A DNA stretch of 64,000 nt from Pseudovirgaria hyperparasitica (lineage: Eukaryota), in NCBI GenBank assembly GCA_010093815.1, contig ML996565.1; one strand, given 5' to 3'. Shown piece by piece: positions 25,579-36,509 of the stretch. How positions within the stretch are numbered: position 1 is the stretch's first letter; every line of letters starts with the position of its first letter. The notes beneath the pieces are model-generated. The model did not search any database and was not told where the DNA came from. It saw nothing but the letters and a program-made list of their open reading frames with translations. The position numbers and the translations under genes are program-made.

Positions 25579-25805
25579 GGACTGGGGCGTTGGATTGGAA
25601 GGGAGGGGGGGTTGTTATATAATGATGGGTGGATGGGTTGATAGATTGATAGATGGGTGGATGGAAGACTGGCTACGGTAATCTAGTGTGTATACGTGTA
25701 TACCAATCATGTCCATACACACAAATTCGTTGGCGGGGTCAGTCAGGACCTCGCGGGAGACGGCGGGGTTGGTAATGGTACTGGCAATGGTCCTAATGGA
25801 TAATG

Positions 25806-25854
25806 GGTAATGAATAACAGGTAATGAATAACAGGTAATGAATAACAGGTAATG
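25806..25854. repeat. 14-nt tandem repeat (GGTAATGAATAACA) x3.5
   Basis: Read directly from the intergenic sequence. Confidence 0.85.
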
Positions 25855-26488
25855 GTAAAAGACTGACAACGACACATCAATAATACGTCGAGTATATATG
25901 TGTACGTGTGTACTATATGTACGTGTCAAGTGTATGTGTACGTGGTGACTCCTACCCTCCCACCACTACCCCTCCCCAGACCCCCAATCCATCTGCCACT
26001 AAATGAACATAAACACAAACAATGCAGACCTACCTCCCCAGGACAAACCCACATAGCTGCATCATTCATTCACAACGCCGTCTCAGCAGTATCACCCCAC
26101 TGCATGGGTAACACATGCGGGTACTACCGCGTTTATACGGGGCTATGCGAGGTTGAAATGCTATGCTATCCTAGAGGATTGCGTGTAGGGGTACGCGTTG
26201 GACGGTGGGAGATGGCTGGCGTGGGGATGGGAAGGAAGTGGTTTGTATTTTGGTTATTGTTGCACAGAGGGTAGAGAATGCTGCTGATGTGGAGGATGTA
26301 AATGGGGCATCAAAGTATACATGGCTAACGAGCGCATCGCGACATGCAAAGAGTGATAAATCTGAGCGTTATACAATTTACATGCCCAAAGAAACCTCCG
26401 TACGCTGTACGTTCCAACTACATCACAACAACAACAACAACACCACATTTGCCAACCCCCCAATCCCCAATCTCCAAACCAAACCACC

Positions 26489-27973
26489 TCACATCTCCCC
26501 ATGCCCGCCCTCACGCCCAACAAACGGCTCCAACCGCTCCCTAAACTCCTCCACACCCATCTCCTCGCCAGCCCAAAACTGCACCTGCCCACCGCCCAAC
26601 TTCCGCGGCGGCACAAGCACATTACCCACAACCTGAATGACGCCGTCCCTCGCAACGCCATCCTTGACCGTCACGCGCGAGAAGCCATTAATCTTGATCT
26701 CGGTAAACGGGCCGTACTTGCCCACGTCGACGCTCAGACTGCGGTCCTCGAGCAGGGTGGGCAGGTCGACGTGGAAGGCGGTGGGGTCGAGGGCGGAGAA
26801 GGGGAAGACGAGGTCGGATTTCTTGTCCATTTTGGCGCGGTAGAAGGCGTCGGAGTAGAGGGTGTTGTTGGGCGCGACGTGGTACTCGAGCAGGGCGGCG
26901 AGGTATTTCTCGCCGTATTTGCTGAAGAGGAAGGCGTTGATGCGGGGGCCGAGCTTGGTGAAGGCCCAGTTTGAGGGGGCGAAGAGGGTGGTGCCGGTGT
27001 GGGGGGTGGTGGTGTTGAGCTTGTCGAGCAGGCCGGTCTTGGTGAGGGCGAGGGTGAGGGTGCTGAATTCGGAGGGGAGGAATTGGATGATGTCGGCGAT
27101 CTTGGGGGGTGGGAGGATGATGCTGTCGAGGGCGTGGATGACGCCGTTTGTGCCGAAGATGTTGATGGCGATGACGTGGGCGTAGAAGTTGAGGGTGACG
27201 CCGCGGAGGCCGATGCTGACGGAGAGGCGCTGGGGGAGGTTGCCGGCGCCGAGGAAGGAGGATTGTAGGAGGGTTGGGATGGTGTGTGCGGTGAGGACAC
27301 GGCCGGCTGGGTAGAAGACGGGGGAGATGTGGTACGTCAGGAGGGCCTTGATGAACTCTTTGGATGGCGTGTGGTGTTTGGGAATCTTCTCGAACGCTTT
27401 GTCCGTGGGAGCAAAGACGGTATAGTTTGCAGCAGTGCCGTTCAGGATCTTGACCAAGTCCTTGTCCTCGTCGATCAGTTTTGCCAACTTGGTGGTGTAC
27501 TTGCTCTTGGCGATCAATTCATACACGGTGAGGTTCGACTTTGGGTGGTGCGGCTTTCCGTGGTGAGGAGGTTTGCCATGGTGAGGCGGCTTGCCATGAT
27601 GGCCTTTTCCAGGAGGTCCAGGGTGTTTACCATCAGGAGGCGGTGGTGGATGCTCGCCAAAGACGTCAAACGGGTCGTCGCTCTCGACATAGCTCTCCAG
27701 CCAAGACTCTACATCGTAGCCGGTGTCGTATATCTTCTCATACGCGGTCTTGCCAGTCTCAACGACGACATCAAACGCCTCGTCGATGGCACTCTTTGAG
27801 CGGTCCAGGAACTCTCCGGCATTGCTCTTGAACGAATGCCAGTAGTCGCCAATCTCCTCGAGACGTTCGGGTTGGTGATGGTCCTCGATCTGGATCTCGG
27901 CCAGAACCTTCTCGTCCGGAAGGACCAGTGCGGTAGATAGCGACGCTGCTGTGAGTACTGCGAGCAACTTCAT
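26489..27973 (-). CDS. Secreted fasciclin (two FAS1 domains) protein with His/Pro/Gly/Lys-rich linker
   Basis: Signal peptide; FAS1 motifs NYTVFAPTDKAF, LLTYHI, NGVIHALDSIILPP, TLFAPSNWAF, LLEYHV and DGVIQVVGNVLVPP. Confidence 0.9.
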   Translation of the reverse strand: MKLLAVLTAASLSTALVLPDEKVLAEIQIEDHHQPERLEEIGDYWHSFKSNAGEFLDRSKSAIDEAFDVVVETGKTAYEKIYDTGYDVESWLESYVESDDPFDVFGEHPPPPPDGKHPGPPGKGHHGKPPHHGKPPHHGKPHHPKSNLTVYELIAKSKYTTKLAKLIDEDKDLVKILNGTAANYTVFAPTDKAFEKIPKHHTPSKEFIKALLTYHISPVFYPAGRVLTAHTIPTLLQSSFLGAGNLPQRLSVSIGLRGVTLNFYAHVIAINIFGTNGVIHALDSIILPPPKIADIIQFLPSEFSTLTLALTKTGLLDKLNTTTPHTGTTLFAPSNWAFTKLGPRINAFLFSKYGEKYLAALLEYHVAPNNTLYSDAFYRAKMDKKSDLVFPFSALDPTAFHVDLPTLLEDRSLSVDVGKYGPFTEIKINGFSRVTVKDGVARDGVIQVVGNVLVPPRKLGGGQVQFWAGEEMGVEEFRERLEPFVGREGGHGEM

Positions 27974-28355
27974 GATGTTTGTGGTGGGGTGTGGTGTTGC
28001 AGGAGAGGGATGTCAGAGAGGCGGGCAAGAGTGAGTGGTATAGAGCGATCAATGACGCGAATCACCTCACGCTACAGGGGGTTAGGTGAGCAGGCTACAG
28101 GCTCTTCGTCTGTGAATAGTCGCAATGTACGCCACAGCGAGCAGGAGAGGAGTGGATTGGACAGAAGCGGCACGAGTGGTCATCAATTGGTAGAGGAATA
28201 TGGCAAAACTGGAGCCAGAGGCGGGTGATGGTGTAGGTATGCGTGTATGCGTGTATTCGAGGATTCGAGTATTCACTCACACGCAGACGCAAATGCTGAC
28301 GCGGACAAACATTTGCGGAGAAGTCATCGTCCATCCATTCATTCGTTCATTCCGG

Positions 28356-28363
28356 TGACGTAA
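28356..28363. promoter_or_regulatory. CRE-like site TGACGTAA in the divergent fasciclin/GAD promoter
   Basis: Read directly. Further TGACGT cores occur near 28820 (minus strand) and 28854. Confidence 0.35.
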
Positions 28364-29005
28364 GCCCCGCATTCTCGGCGTCGGGCCTTGTGTTTACCCG
28401 ACGGCTGGGGTCCGGGGAGTATCACGTGGTGATAGCGATAAGAGCCGAGCCATAGAAGAAGTCCAAGACCACGACTGTTTTCCCCCCCTGATGGCTTCAT
28501 AAACAACTCGCATTCACTCTAGTTGCCCTACTACAGGAGTGCTACCATGACAAAGCCGTCGCAGGATCATCGTTGGACCAGACCACCCCGCCCTAACACA
28601 CACAATCGTCAACATACCGTCATGGCGCATTCGCCTCGGCCACAAGAGCCTTGCTCCACGAGATCTTGCAGATTGACGGCAACGAATCCCGCGTGAATGA
28701 TTAAGCTTTTTCCCCAAGTCTTGAGAAGCTTGATGCCCCCTCTAGCGAGTGGATGTCCGGCGGGCGAATTGCTGGGACTAGTTTTGTAGGTAATTAGCTT
28801 GGTAGCTTTGTGGGTAACATACGTCAATCTGTGCCTGTACTTATTACGACGAGTGACGTCTCTGCTACTCTCAGGAGGTTTTGTTCGTAGTTTATAGTCG
28901 ATCTCTCTCGTGCTCAGTCTTCACATAGCTCGCAGGTATATGAAACTCTGAGGATCTATTCCAGACTATCCTCCATCCTACCAGTCTCCTTCAATCACCA
29001 CCATC

Positions 29006-30793
29006 ATGGCCGGTCTTGCAACTCACGTAACAACCCCCCCCCCCCAAAACCCTTTCCAACTACATGCCATCCCCGAACTGACAACTCCCCCCCTGACACA
29101 GATCGATCCTGACGAGCTCGTCAAGAAGCTCCACGACCACCCCGTCCACAGCCACCACGCCCCCCGACGCAGTCACATCAACCAAGTAACCCCCTACTCA
29201 TCCCGCTACGCCGCCAAAACCGAACTCCCCAAATTCAAGATCCCGCAAGCCAGCGCCCCCGCCGACGCCGTCCACCAGCTCATCAAAGACGAACTCGACC
29301 TCGACGGCCGGCCCAACCTCAACCTCGCCAGCTTCGTCGGCACGTACATGGAGCCGCAAGCCGAGCAGCTCATGATCGAGAACCTCTCCAAAAACATGAG
29401 CGACGCGGACGAGTACCCGGCCATGATGGACATGCACGCCCGCTGCATCAGCATGCTCGCCCACATGTGGCACGTCCAACCGGGCGAAACCGCCATCGGC
29501 ACCGCAACAACCGGGTCCAGCGAGGCAATCCACCTCGCCGGCCTCGCCATGAAACGCCGCTGGCACGAAGCCCGCACGCGCGCCGGCAAGGACACCCTCA
29601 AGCCCAACATCCTCATGGGCGCCAACGCCCAGGTCGCCCTCGAGAAATTCGCCCGCTACTTCGACGTCGAGCCGCGCATCCTGCCCGTCTCCCGCGCCTC
29701 CCGCTACCGCCTCGACCCGGCCCTCGTACAGGCAAACATCGACGAGAACACAATCGGCATCTTCGTCATCCTCGGCTCCACCTACACGGGCCACTACGAG
29801 CCCGTCGCCGAAATCGCCGCCCTGCTCGACGCCCACGAGCAGGAAACAGGCCAGTCCATCGACATCCACGTCGACGCCGCGTCCGGAGGCTTCATCGCGC
29901 CCTTTACCCACGCTGGCGCCGGGCCCGACACGCCCTGGGACTTTGCCCTCCCGCGCGTCAAATCGATCAACGTGTCCGGGCACAAATTCGGCCTCGTCTA
30001 CGCGGGCGTCGGCTGGATCGTCTGGCGCGACGAGCACCTGCTGCCCCGGCACCTCGTCTTCGAACTGCACTATCTCGGCGGCACGGAGCAGTCGTACACG
30101 CTCAACTTCTCGCGGCCCGGCGCCCAGGTCATTGCGCAGTACTTCAACCTCGTGCATCTTGGCGTCGAGGGGTACCGGAATGTGATGGAGAATGCGCTGG
30201 CGAATGCGCGGCTGCTGTCGCGTGCGCTCGAGGCGACGGGCTGGTATGAGTGTGTGTCGGATGTGCATCGGCGGGTCGGCTCGTTTCACTTGTCCCCTTC
30301 CCCTTCCTCGCCCGACCCGGAATCCGACTCGCCCTCCGACTCTTCCGACTCTTCCGACTCCTCAGCAGCATACAACCCGGGCCTCCCGGTGGTGGCATTC
30401 ACGCTCTCCCGCGCCCTCAAAGCCTCGCACCCGCACATGACGCAAGACAGCATCAGCACGCTGCTGCGCGCAAAGCAGTACATCATCCCCAACTACGCGC
30501 TTCCGCCGCACGAGGACGGGACCGAGATCCTGCGTGTCGTGGTGCGCGAATCCATGTCGTTGGACCTGTTGCATCGCCTGATTGCCGATATCTGTGAGGT
30601 TACGGATCGGGTGATGCGGATGGCGCCGGGGGATTTGGCGGTGTTTGACAAGGTTGGGGGCGGAAGTGGTGGGGGTGGTGGTGGGAGGGGGCCGAGTGTG
30701 GAGAAGAGGTTTGGGAATGCGGGGTTGGGGCATGAGGAGAGGGATAAGGCGCGGCGGCCGATGGGGGAGGGAGTGCATAGGAGTGTTTGTTGA
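29006..30793 (+). CDS. GAD1: Glutamate decarboxylase (PLP-dependent, group II)
   Basis: ELDLDGRPNLNLASFVGTYME, TTGSSEA, IHVDAASGGF, SINVSGHKFGLVYAGVGW (PLP lysine) and TLNFSRPG. Probable intron at 29027-29101. Confidence 0.95.
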   Translation: MAGLATHVTTPPPQNPFQLHAIPELTTPPLTQIDPDELVKKLHDHPVHSHHAPRRSHINQVTPYSSRYAAKTELPKFKIPQASAPADAVHQLIKDELDLDGRPNLNLASFVGTYMEPQAEQLMIENLSKNMSDADEYPAMMDMHARCISMLAHMWHVQPGETAIGTATTGSSEAIHLAGLAMKRRWHEARTRAGKDTLKPNILMGANAQVALEKFARYFDVEPRILPVSRASRYRLDPALVQANIDENTIGIFVILGSTYTGHYEPVAEIAALLDAHEQETGQSIDIHVDAASGGFIAPFTHAGAGPDTPWDFALPRVKSINVSGHKFGLVYAGVGWIVWRDEHLLPRHLVFELHYLGGTEQSYTLNFSRPGAQVIAQYFNLVHLGVEGYRNVMENALANARLLSRALEATGWYECVSDVHRRVGSFHLSPSPSSPDPESDSPSDSSDSSDSSAAYNPGLPVVAFTLSRALKASHPHMTQDSISTLLRAKQYIIPNYALPPHEDGTEILRVVVRESMSLDLLHRLIADICEVTDRVMRMAPGDLAVFDKVGGGSGGGGGGRGPSVEKRFGNAGLGHEERDKARRPMGEGVHRSVC

Positions 30794-30839
30794 TTGGGAG
30801 AGGGGGGCTTGGGGGATGTGCTGATCGATGTAGAAGGAT

Positions 30840-31630
30840 AGGAGATGTTAAAGAGTACTCAAGTTAGGGTTTATCAAATCTACGCTTAACGTACACTCTT
30901 TAGAATACTATTATATTATATTTAAGTTTATCAAATGGAGAAGATGTAATATTATACTATATACTAGAGGATAGATAAAGAGAATAGAAGATGTTAAATA
31001 GTACTTAAGTCGGGGCTTATAATGATATTAATAATAATATTATTATTATTATTATTAATTAACTACTAGGTAGATTAGTATTCTATAGGTATATCTCTCC
31101 TAGAGTAGTAGCTAATAGTAGTTATTATATCTAGATCTATACTTAAAGTACTAACTACTACTTATAGAAGAGATTTATCTTTAGTAGCTCTCTATATCTA
31201 GTACTAGTATATATATAGTAAAGAAGATTAGTAGCTCTCTATATCTAGTAGTAGATATATATATATATCTATACTTATAGTATTCCATCTTACGCCGTAG
31301 TACTAGTATTTATATTCGTAGCTTTATTAGTAGACCCCGGATATAAAAGACGGAGGACACGGTTCTACTAATAGCGTTTTATAGTAGCTTATTTTACAAA
31401 GTTCGTCCAAGGAAGCCGCCGTGTTACTAGTACTAGTACTTATATCCATGTATCAAGGAACGTACACTCTACATAACGCTATTATATACTAATTATTAAA
31501 AGAGAGGGGGGGAGAACATAATATTATACTCTATACTATAGATAGGTAAAGAAGAATAGGAGATGTTAAATGGTACTTCAGTTAGGACTTGTAAACTCTA
31601 CGTCTTGACGTACTACACTCTACATGACGC
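30840..31630. repeat. AT-rich, TpA-rich degenerate repeat region (RIP-like relic) with ~147-nt imperfect units
   Basis: AGATGTTAAA..GTACT..AGT recurs at ~30843, ~30989 and ~31561. AACGTACACTCT recurs at ~30888 and ~31459. TAGTAGCTCTCTATATCTAGTA occurs twice (~31182, ~31228). CpA/TpG are visibly scarce. Confidence 0.7.
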
Positions 31631-31803
31631 TGTAGTGTGTTGTTTATTAATTTATTATTGCTTAGTTTCTAACCATTTGCCGTTTGTCGTTCGTCGTTTG
31701 TCCGTGAGATGGTAGAGAGTTGAGGGTGTCGGAATAGGGGTACGTTGTATATCTAGGGATCGGATGTATATAACGCACCTCAACCACAACCACACCACAC
31801 CCC

Positions 31804-33497
31804 TTATCCTTCCTTCTCCTCTACATGCTGCCTCTCCCCAACCTTCTCCCCCGTCACCTCCACCCTCTCCTCCCGCAAATCCTTCATACCCCCTATACCA
31901 CCCCCACCCTCCACATCCCGCACCCCAATCTCCGCCCGAGCACTCGCATCAACCACCCCCCGATACCCCTGCACGAAATTCACACAAACCGCATACGACA
32001 CCGCACCGACAAAAAAGCACAACGGCACCACCATGCCCAACGCAGTCCCATGCCGATCCCCGGCCACGCCCAACAACGGCGGCACAACCGCACCACCACT
32101 GACGCCAGCGACAATCCAGCCGCTGCCGCGCTTCGTGTGTCTGCCCAGACCGCGCATGCCGAGCGCGACAATGGTGGGGAAGCAGATGGACTCGAAGAAG
32201 AGGGTGAGGTAGAGCAGTGCGACGCCGGTGTTGTTGTCGCGCTGGGTGATGCTGGGCGCGAGGAAGATGATGCAGCTGGTGAGGTAGGCGAGGAAGATGA
32301 GGCGCGGCTTGAAGGCGGTCATGAGGGCGACGCCGACGAAGCGGCCGAGGGCAAAGGCGCCTTGGGCGCCGGCGAGGAGTTTGGATGCTACGGCGGAGTC
32401 CTGTGGTGGTTGTTAGTGTTTTGGCGTTGGTTCTCAGGGGGGATGTACGGTGTTGGGACGGGTCTGCACGGCGTAGTTGATAAAGTAGCTTGCGATTGCG
32501 ACCTGTGCGCCCGTGTAGCAGAACTGCGCGAATGCGGCGTGGAAGAGGCGGTATTGCTTCCGGAACGGCTGGTCGTCGGCCTCGGCGTGCGTCTCCTGGA
32601 CCTGGAAGGCCATGTCGGCGTCGGTGATTTCGGGGATGGGGCTGAAGAGGAAGACGGCGGCAAGGAGGAAGACGAAGCAGGCGATGGCGAGGTAGACCCA
32701 CTGCACGTTCTGCAGCGATTTCTCGTCGTCGTGCACGCTGGTGAAGAAGACGTAGGATGCCATGACGGGAGCGACGACTGTGCCTATCCCGTTGAAGGCC
32801 TGGCTGATGTTGATGCGGATCTCCGAGTACTTTGGAGGACCGCAGACTGGGTATGTGGTGTCAGCATGTCATAACCAATAGCTCGAGTAACGACAGGACG
32901 GGCATTGAGCTGGATCATGGCTGAGGTCGAGTACCTGTAATGTACGGATTCGCCGCCGTCTCGAGCGAACCAAGACCATTCCCAATGATGAAAATCGCAC
33001 CACAGAACCCGCCAAAGGAGCGGTGGAGCAGACACGGCCAGGCGACGAGGGCGCCAATGCCATACAGGCAGAGGCCCCAGATGAAGGTGATCTTGTAGCC
33101 GTAGCGGCGCAGGAGCCAGTTTGCGTGCCCGAGGGAGGCGAGGGGGTATGCTCTAAGATCGAGACATCATGAGCAACCATTTCGCTTCTCAGTTGCGTCA
33201 AGTCAACAAACGTACCCAAAATACGCAGCCTGTAGCCCCGAAGAGCGGGCCTGGGTGATACCAAGCTGGTTCTGGAAGTGCTTGTTCAGCGTATCAAGCA
33301 AGCCGTACGAAAAGCCCTATACTCATCAGCTTCACAATCAACTCGCCCTCATCTCCCTCAAAACATACCCAGAGAAAGAACAACAGCGTAACAAGCGCAA
33401 TCGGGTAGATCGATTGGCGCAGGGTGAGTTCGGCAGCACGCGTCCTCTCGCTGTCCCGCACCGTAACTTTCGTCTTGCGGAGGAAGTTGAAAGCCAT
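31804..33497 (-). CDS. MFS glucose/galactose-L-fucose permease (FucP-like)
   Basis: LFFLWGFSYGLLDTLNKHFQ, YFGAYPLAS, ETAANPYITVCGPP, AQFCYTGAQVAIA and FFESICFPTIVALG. Introns 33317-33368, 33153-33215, 32847-32934 and 32401-32448. Confidence 0.9.
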
Positions 33498-36466
33498 TGT
33501 GGCAGTCGATGCTGTATCTCAGCACAGTAGCTCAGAGGGTCAGGGGACGGCAAGGTCAGCGGATCGAGGGCGGTATTTATGGCATGCCAATGACCACGGT
33601 GCTGTTGTGTCTTGGCTGTTGCTGGGATGTAGATTGGATATTACCGTCTTTGCTTGGATTGCCCGTGTCGAGGCGGTTAATGTTGCGAGGGAGGTTCTGT
33701 AAACACAGGTGGCAGATGTGTTCTTCTACGTTTCGCTTGATAGCCGTGCAATGATGCCAGTACACAGAAGGTATAACTCACGAGCAGATATCATGTAAAT
33801 GAACCTACGAAGAAGATTAGCAGTCGTGAGAGACCTGGGAACATTGGAAAGTCATGATGAACCCCCCCCCCCCCCATCCACACAACAAACACCCCAGACA
33901 TTAGCCGTTTGCGGGGAAGGCATGCAGGGGACTACTAAGTAGGCCGCTCCTGCCCTCTCTCTAGTGGCTAGTGAACCACACTCCGGCTCAATAGACCCTG
34001 AACGCCTCATGACTGACTGACTGACTGACAGCTAGCTATTGCTGCATTTCTCGTGGCTACCAAGGGTGTTCCCTGCGCTGCCCAGCCCTGTCTTGCTGTC
34101 CAGGCCGGCAGATGGATTGCACGTAGTTGTCGTATAGCGGATATCCCGTCGTGTATATAGCATACTTGACCGGAACAAGTCCTGACGAAGCTGTTCTGGC
34201 GATGTGGTTTGCTTCATTAGTACTTGATTTTGAATGAATGACGGAGAGAAAGTAAAAGAGCAGATTGTGGGTGGGGTGTTTCAAGTATTTAGCTTCTCAT
34301 TAAGATGTATTGTATGCAACTACTAGTACTCGCAGTCTTTTCTACGAACAATGCCTCTGTAGTACACTAGTATTTATCAAGGATATTATATTGATATTTA
34401 TATGCTATAGCATGTGAACACAACTACTATTACTATACCTTTTACTACAATCTTAACCGAAGTTCTTATAGTAGTCACAGGTACCAAGAGATCAACGGAC
34501 CGGGTTCTTCGTATCAATGTTAGTAGTTGGTGCACGCTTTGATGCCAGGCACTTTCATTGGTTTACCTGGCGACCTCATCTCCATCTCGACAGCAAGGCT
34601 TAGCCGAGGCTTTGTGGCATGCATGGCAGCACATGAACAATATCTGGTCGTTACACCCAGATCCGCAGAGCTGGGACGATGGCCCGAGATAGCGGACCCG
34701 AGCGAGCGGTTCCGAGGGAAGATGGGGAGCCAGCGTGTCGGAACGCGGATACGTGATAGGCATGCCGACGTCGGGACGCATGTGGCTCCCGTTTCAACGA
34801 ATGAAAGGCATGGAGTTTACACCAGATGTATGTAGCGTGCCGGTTGGAGCAACGTGACGTCTTTGCAGCCAAGGCGTAATATGCTCAACTCTTGCTTTTT
34901 ATGAACCGGCTTCATGGGTCAGGAAGATGGGTACGGGGACGATACTGCTGTATATATATACATGACAGCCTATCAGAGCGCGAAATGGTGCTGAAGGAGG
35001 ACAGTCGCAGCCAATATCGTGATTGTGATGAGGCTTGCATCGAGCACCTGGACCCATGGAGGTGGGCCATTACCCACACGTTGGGTAAAAGTCCGTCGGA
35101 GGGAAGAAGGGACATGCTACCGGCGATGAATTATTCGATGCGACTCGAGCATGGCGATATGCCGTAGCGTTGTTGGCTCGGCTTGGGGTGCCGTGAGCGG
35201 ACCGTAGCGGCGCTATGAATGGGTAGTAAGCGTGACGAGTCAGTAGATATCTCAATCAGTAGATATCTCGATCAGTACGGGGCTCGTGGAAAAAGCACGT
35301 TGAAGGCGTGTCAGGAGGGCACGAATAGAGAAAAAGTGGACTGTCGAGCATTCCAAGCAGATGGCCGTCAACCAATAGGAGACTGTTGCGATTCTCGTGG
35401 TGTTGTGGTGTGCTCTCACAACTGTGGGCTTCCGGGTCAATCAAGGAGTGTGAAGAGTCATGTAGGCTCTCAATCGTACGTTCGGGTAAGCCAGCACTAA
35501 AAGTGATCTTCCTGACAGCTGTGAAGTGCCATCAGTCAGTTGTCGGACCTTGGTATCAGATGCTCCAGGAGTAGTACTGGAAGCATGACAGATCAGTGTA
35601 CAAGCCTCAGACGAATACAGCGTTGCTCGGCAGGCGGTGGTGTGCTCTAAAGGACGCAAAAGAGGGCGCACGACGCCCTCTTTTACGTCCAGGGGCCAAT
35701 TGAAGGGCACGAGAGGCTCTGAAATTGTTGATATCTTTGGAGGTCGTACCATGATCGGCCCTTTCGGTGGGAGGGTGGTGACATTGCCAGGACTATGAGT
35801 GGTGCAGTAGCCAATGGAGCTGGCTTGTCCGACGACGACAGCAGGTTTGAGCGACAGGAACAGTCGAAGGCCTGGCTAGCAGTTCTGGCAAGATGAGCAG
35901 AAGGGGACAGAGGGACATGAGAGGTGTCAGGCACCCTTGTTTTGTGGCTCAGTCAAGAGAGCATCATGCTGGAGTTCTGGGGTGCAGACAGCCGGGCGTG
36001 GCAGGCCAATGGTGAAGTCGTGAACGTGAGAGTGTTGCAGTGGTCGGGGACAGCGAGGAGTGAGAACAGGCTTCTGGAAGTTCGTATCATGTATATAAGT
36101 AAGTGGTGAGGAGTGGTGGTGGTGGAGGTTGAGCTTACTTGTCGGCGAACCTCTTTAGCAGCAGTAGACAAGTCTATAATCTCCCTCGACACGGGCAAAC
36201 TTGATATTGTGGCTTGAATTACCAGTCATCTTCATTCACTCCACGAAGGCAGACAGAATGCAGCCCTTAGGTGGCATGGATATATCAAGTGTTGCGACTG
36301 CTCGTCAAGTTACAAAGGTGAGTGGAGGGGCCGTGGAGCTGAGGTTGTGCTGGACGGGAACAAGTAGGATGACTAAAGGAAGGCAGGTGGACTACGAGAA
36401 GCACGTGATACAGCTGATAGAGAGAGAACGAATGCAAAAGTTCCTTCAGCAGCTCGGTCTGACACG

Positions 36467-36473
<7 letters not shown>

Positions 36474-36506
<33 letters not shown>
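36474..36506. repeat. (CAG)11 microsatellite
   Basis: Read directly. Confidence 0.95.

Positions 36507-36509
<3 letters not shown>

Noticed and set aside
30840..31630. Spaced repeats as a possible CRISPR-like array
   Set aside because: The context is eukaryotic, the units are long and degenerate without unique regular spacers, and there are no cas genes.
33811..33822. AGAAGATTAGCA resembling the U6 snRNA core
   Set aside because: The flanks lack the ACAGAG box and the downstream TGGCCCCTG stem.
35236..35277. 16-nt direct repeat (TCAGTAGATATCTC..) about 2.4 copies
   Set aside because: It looks like a simple local tandem duplication with no further copies.
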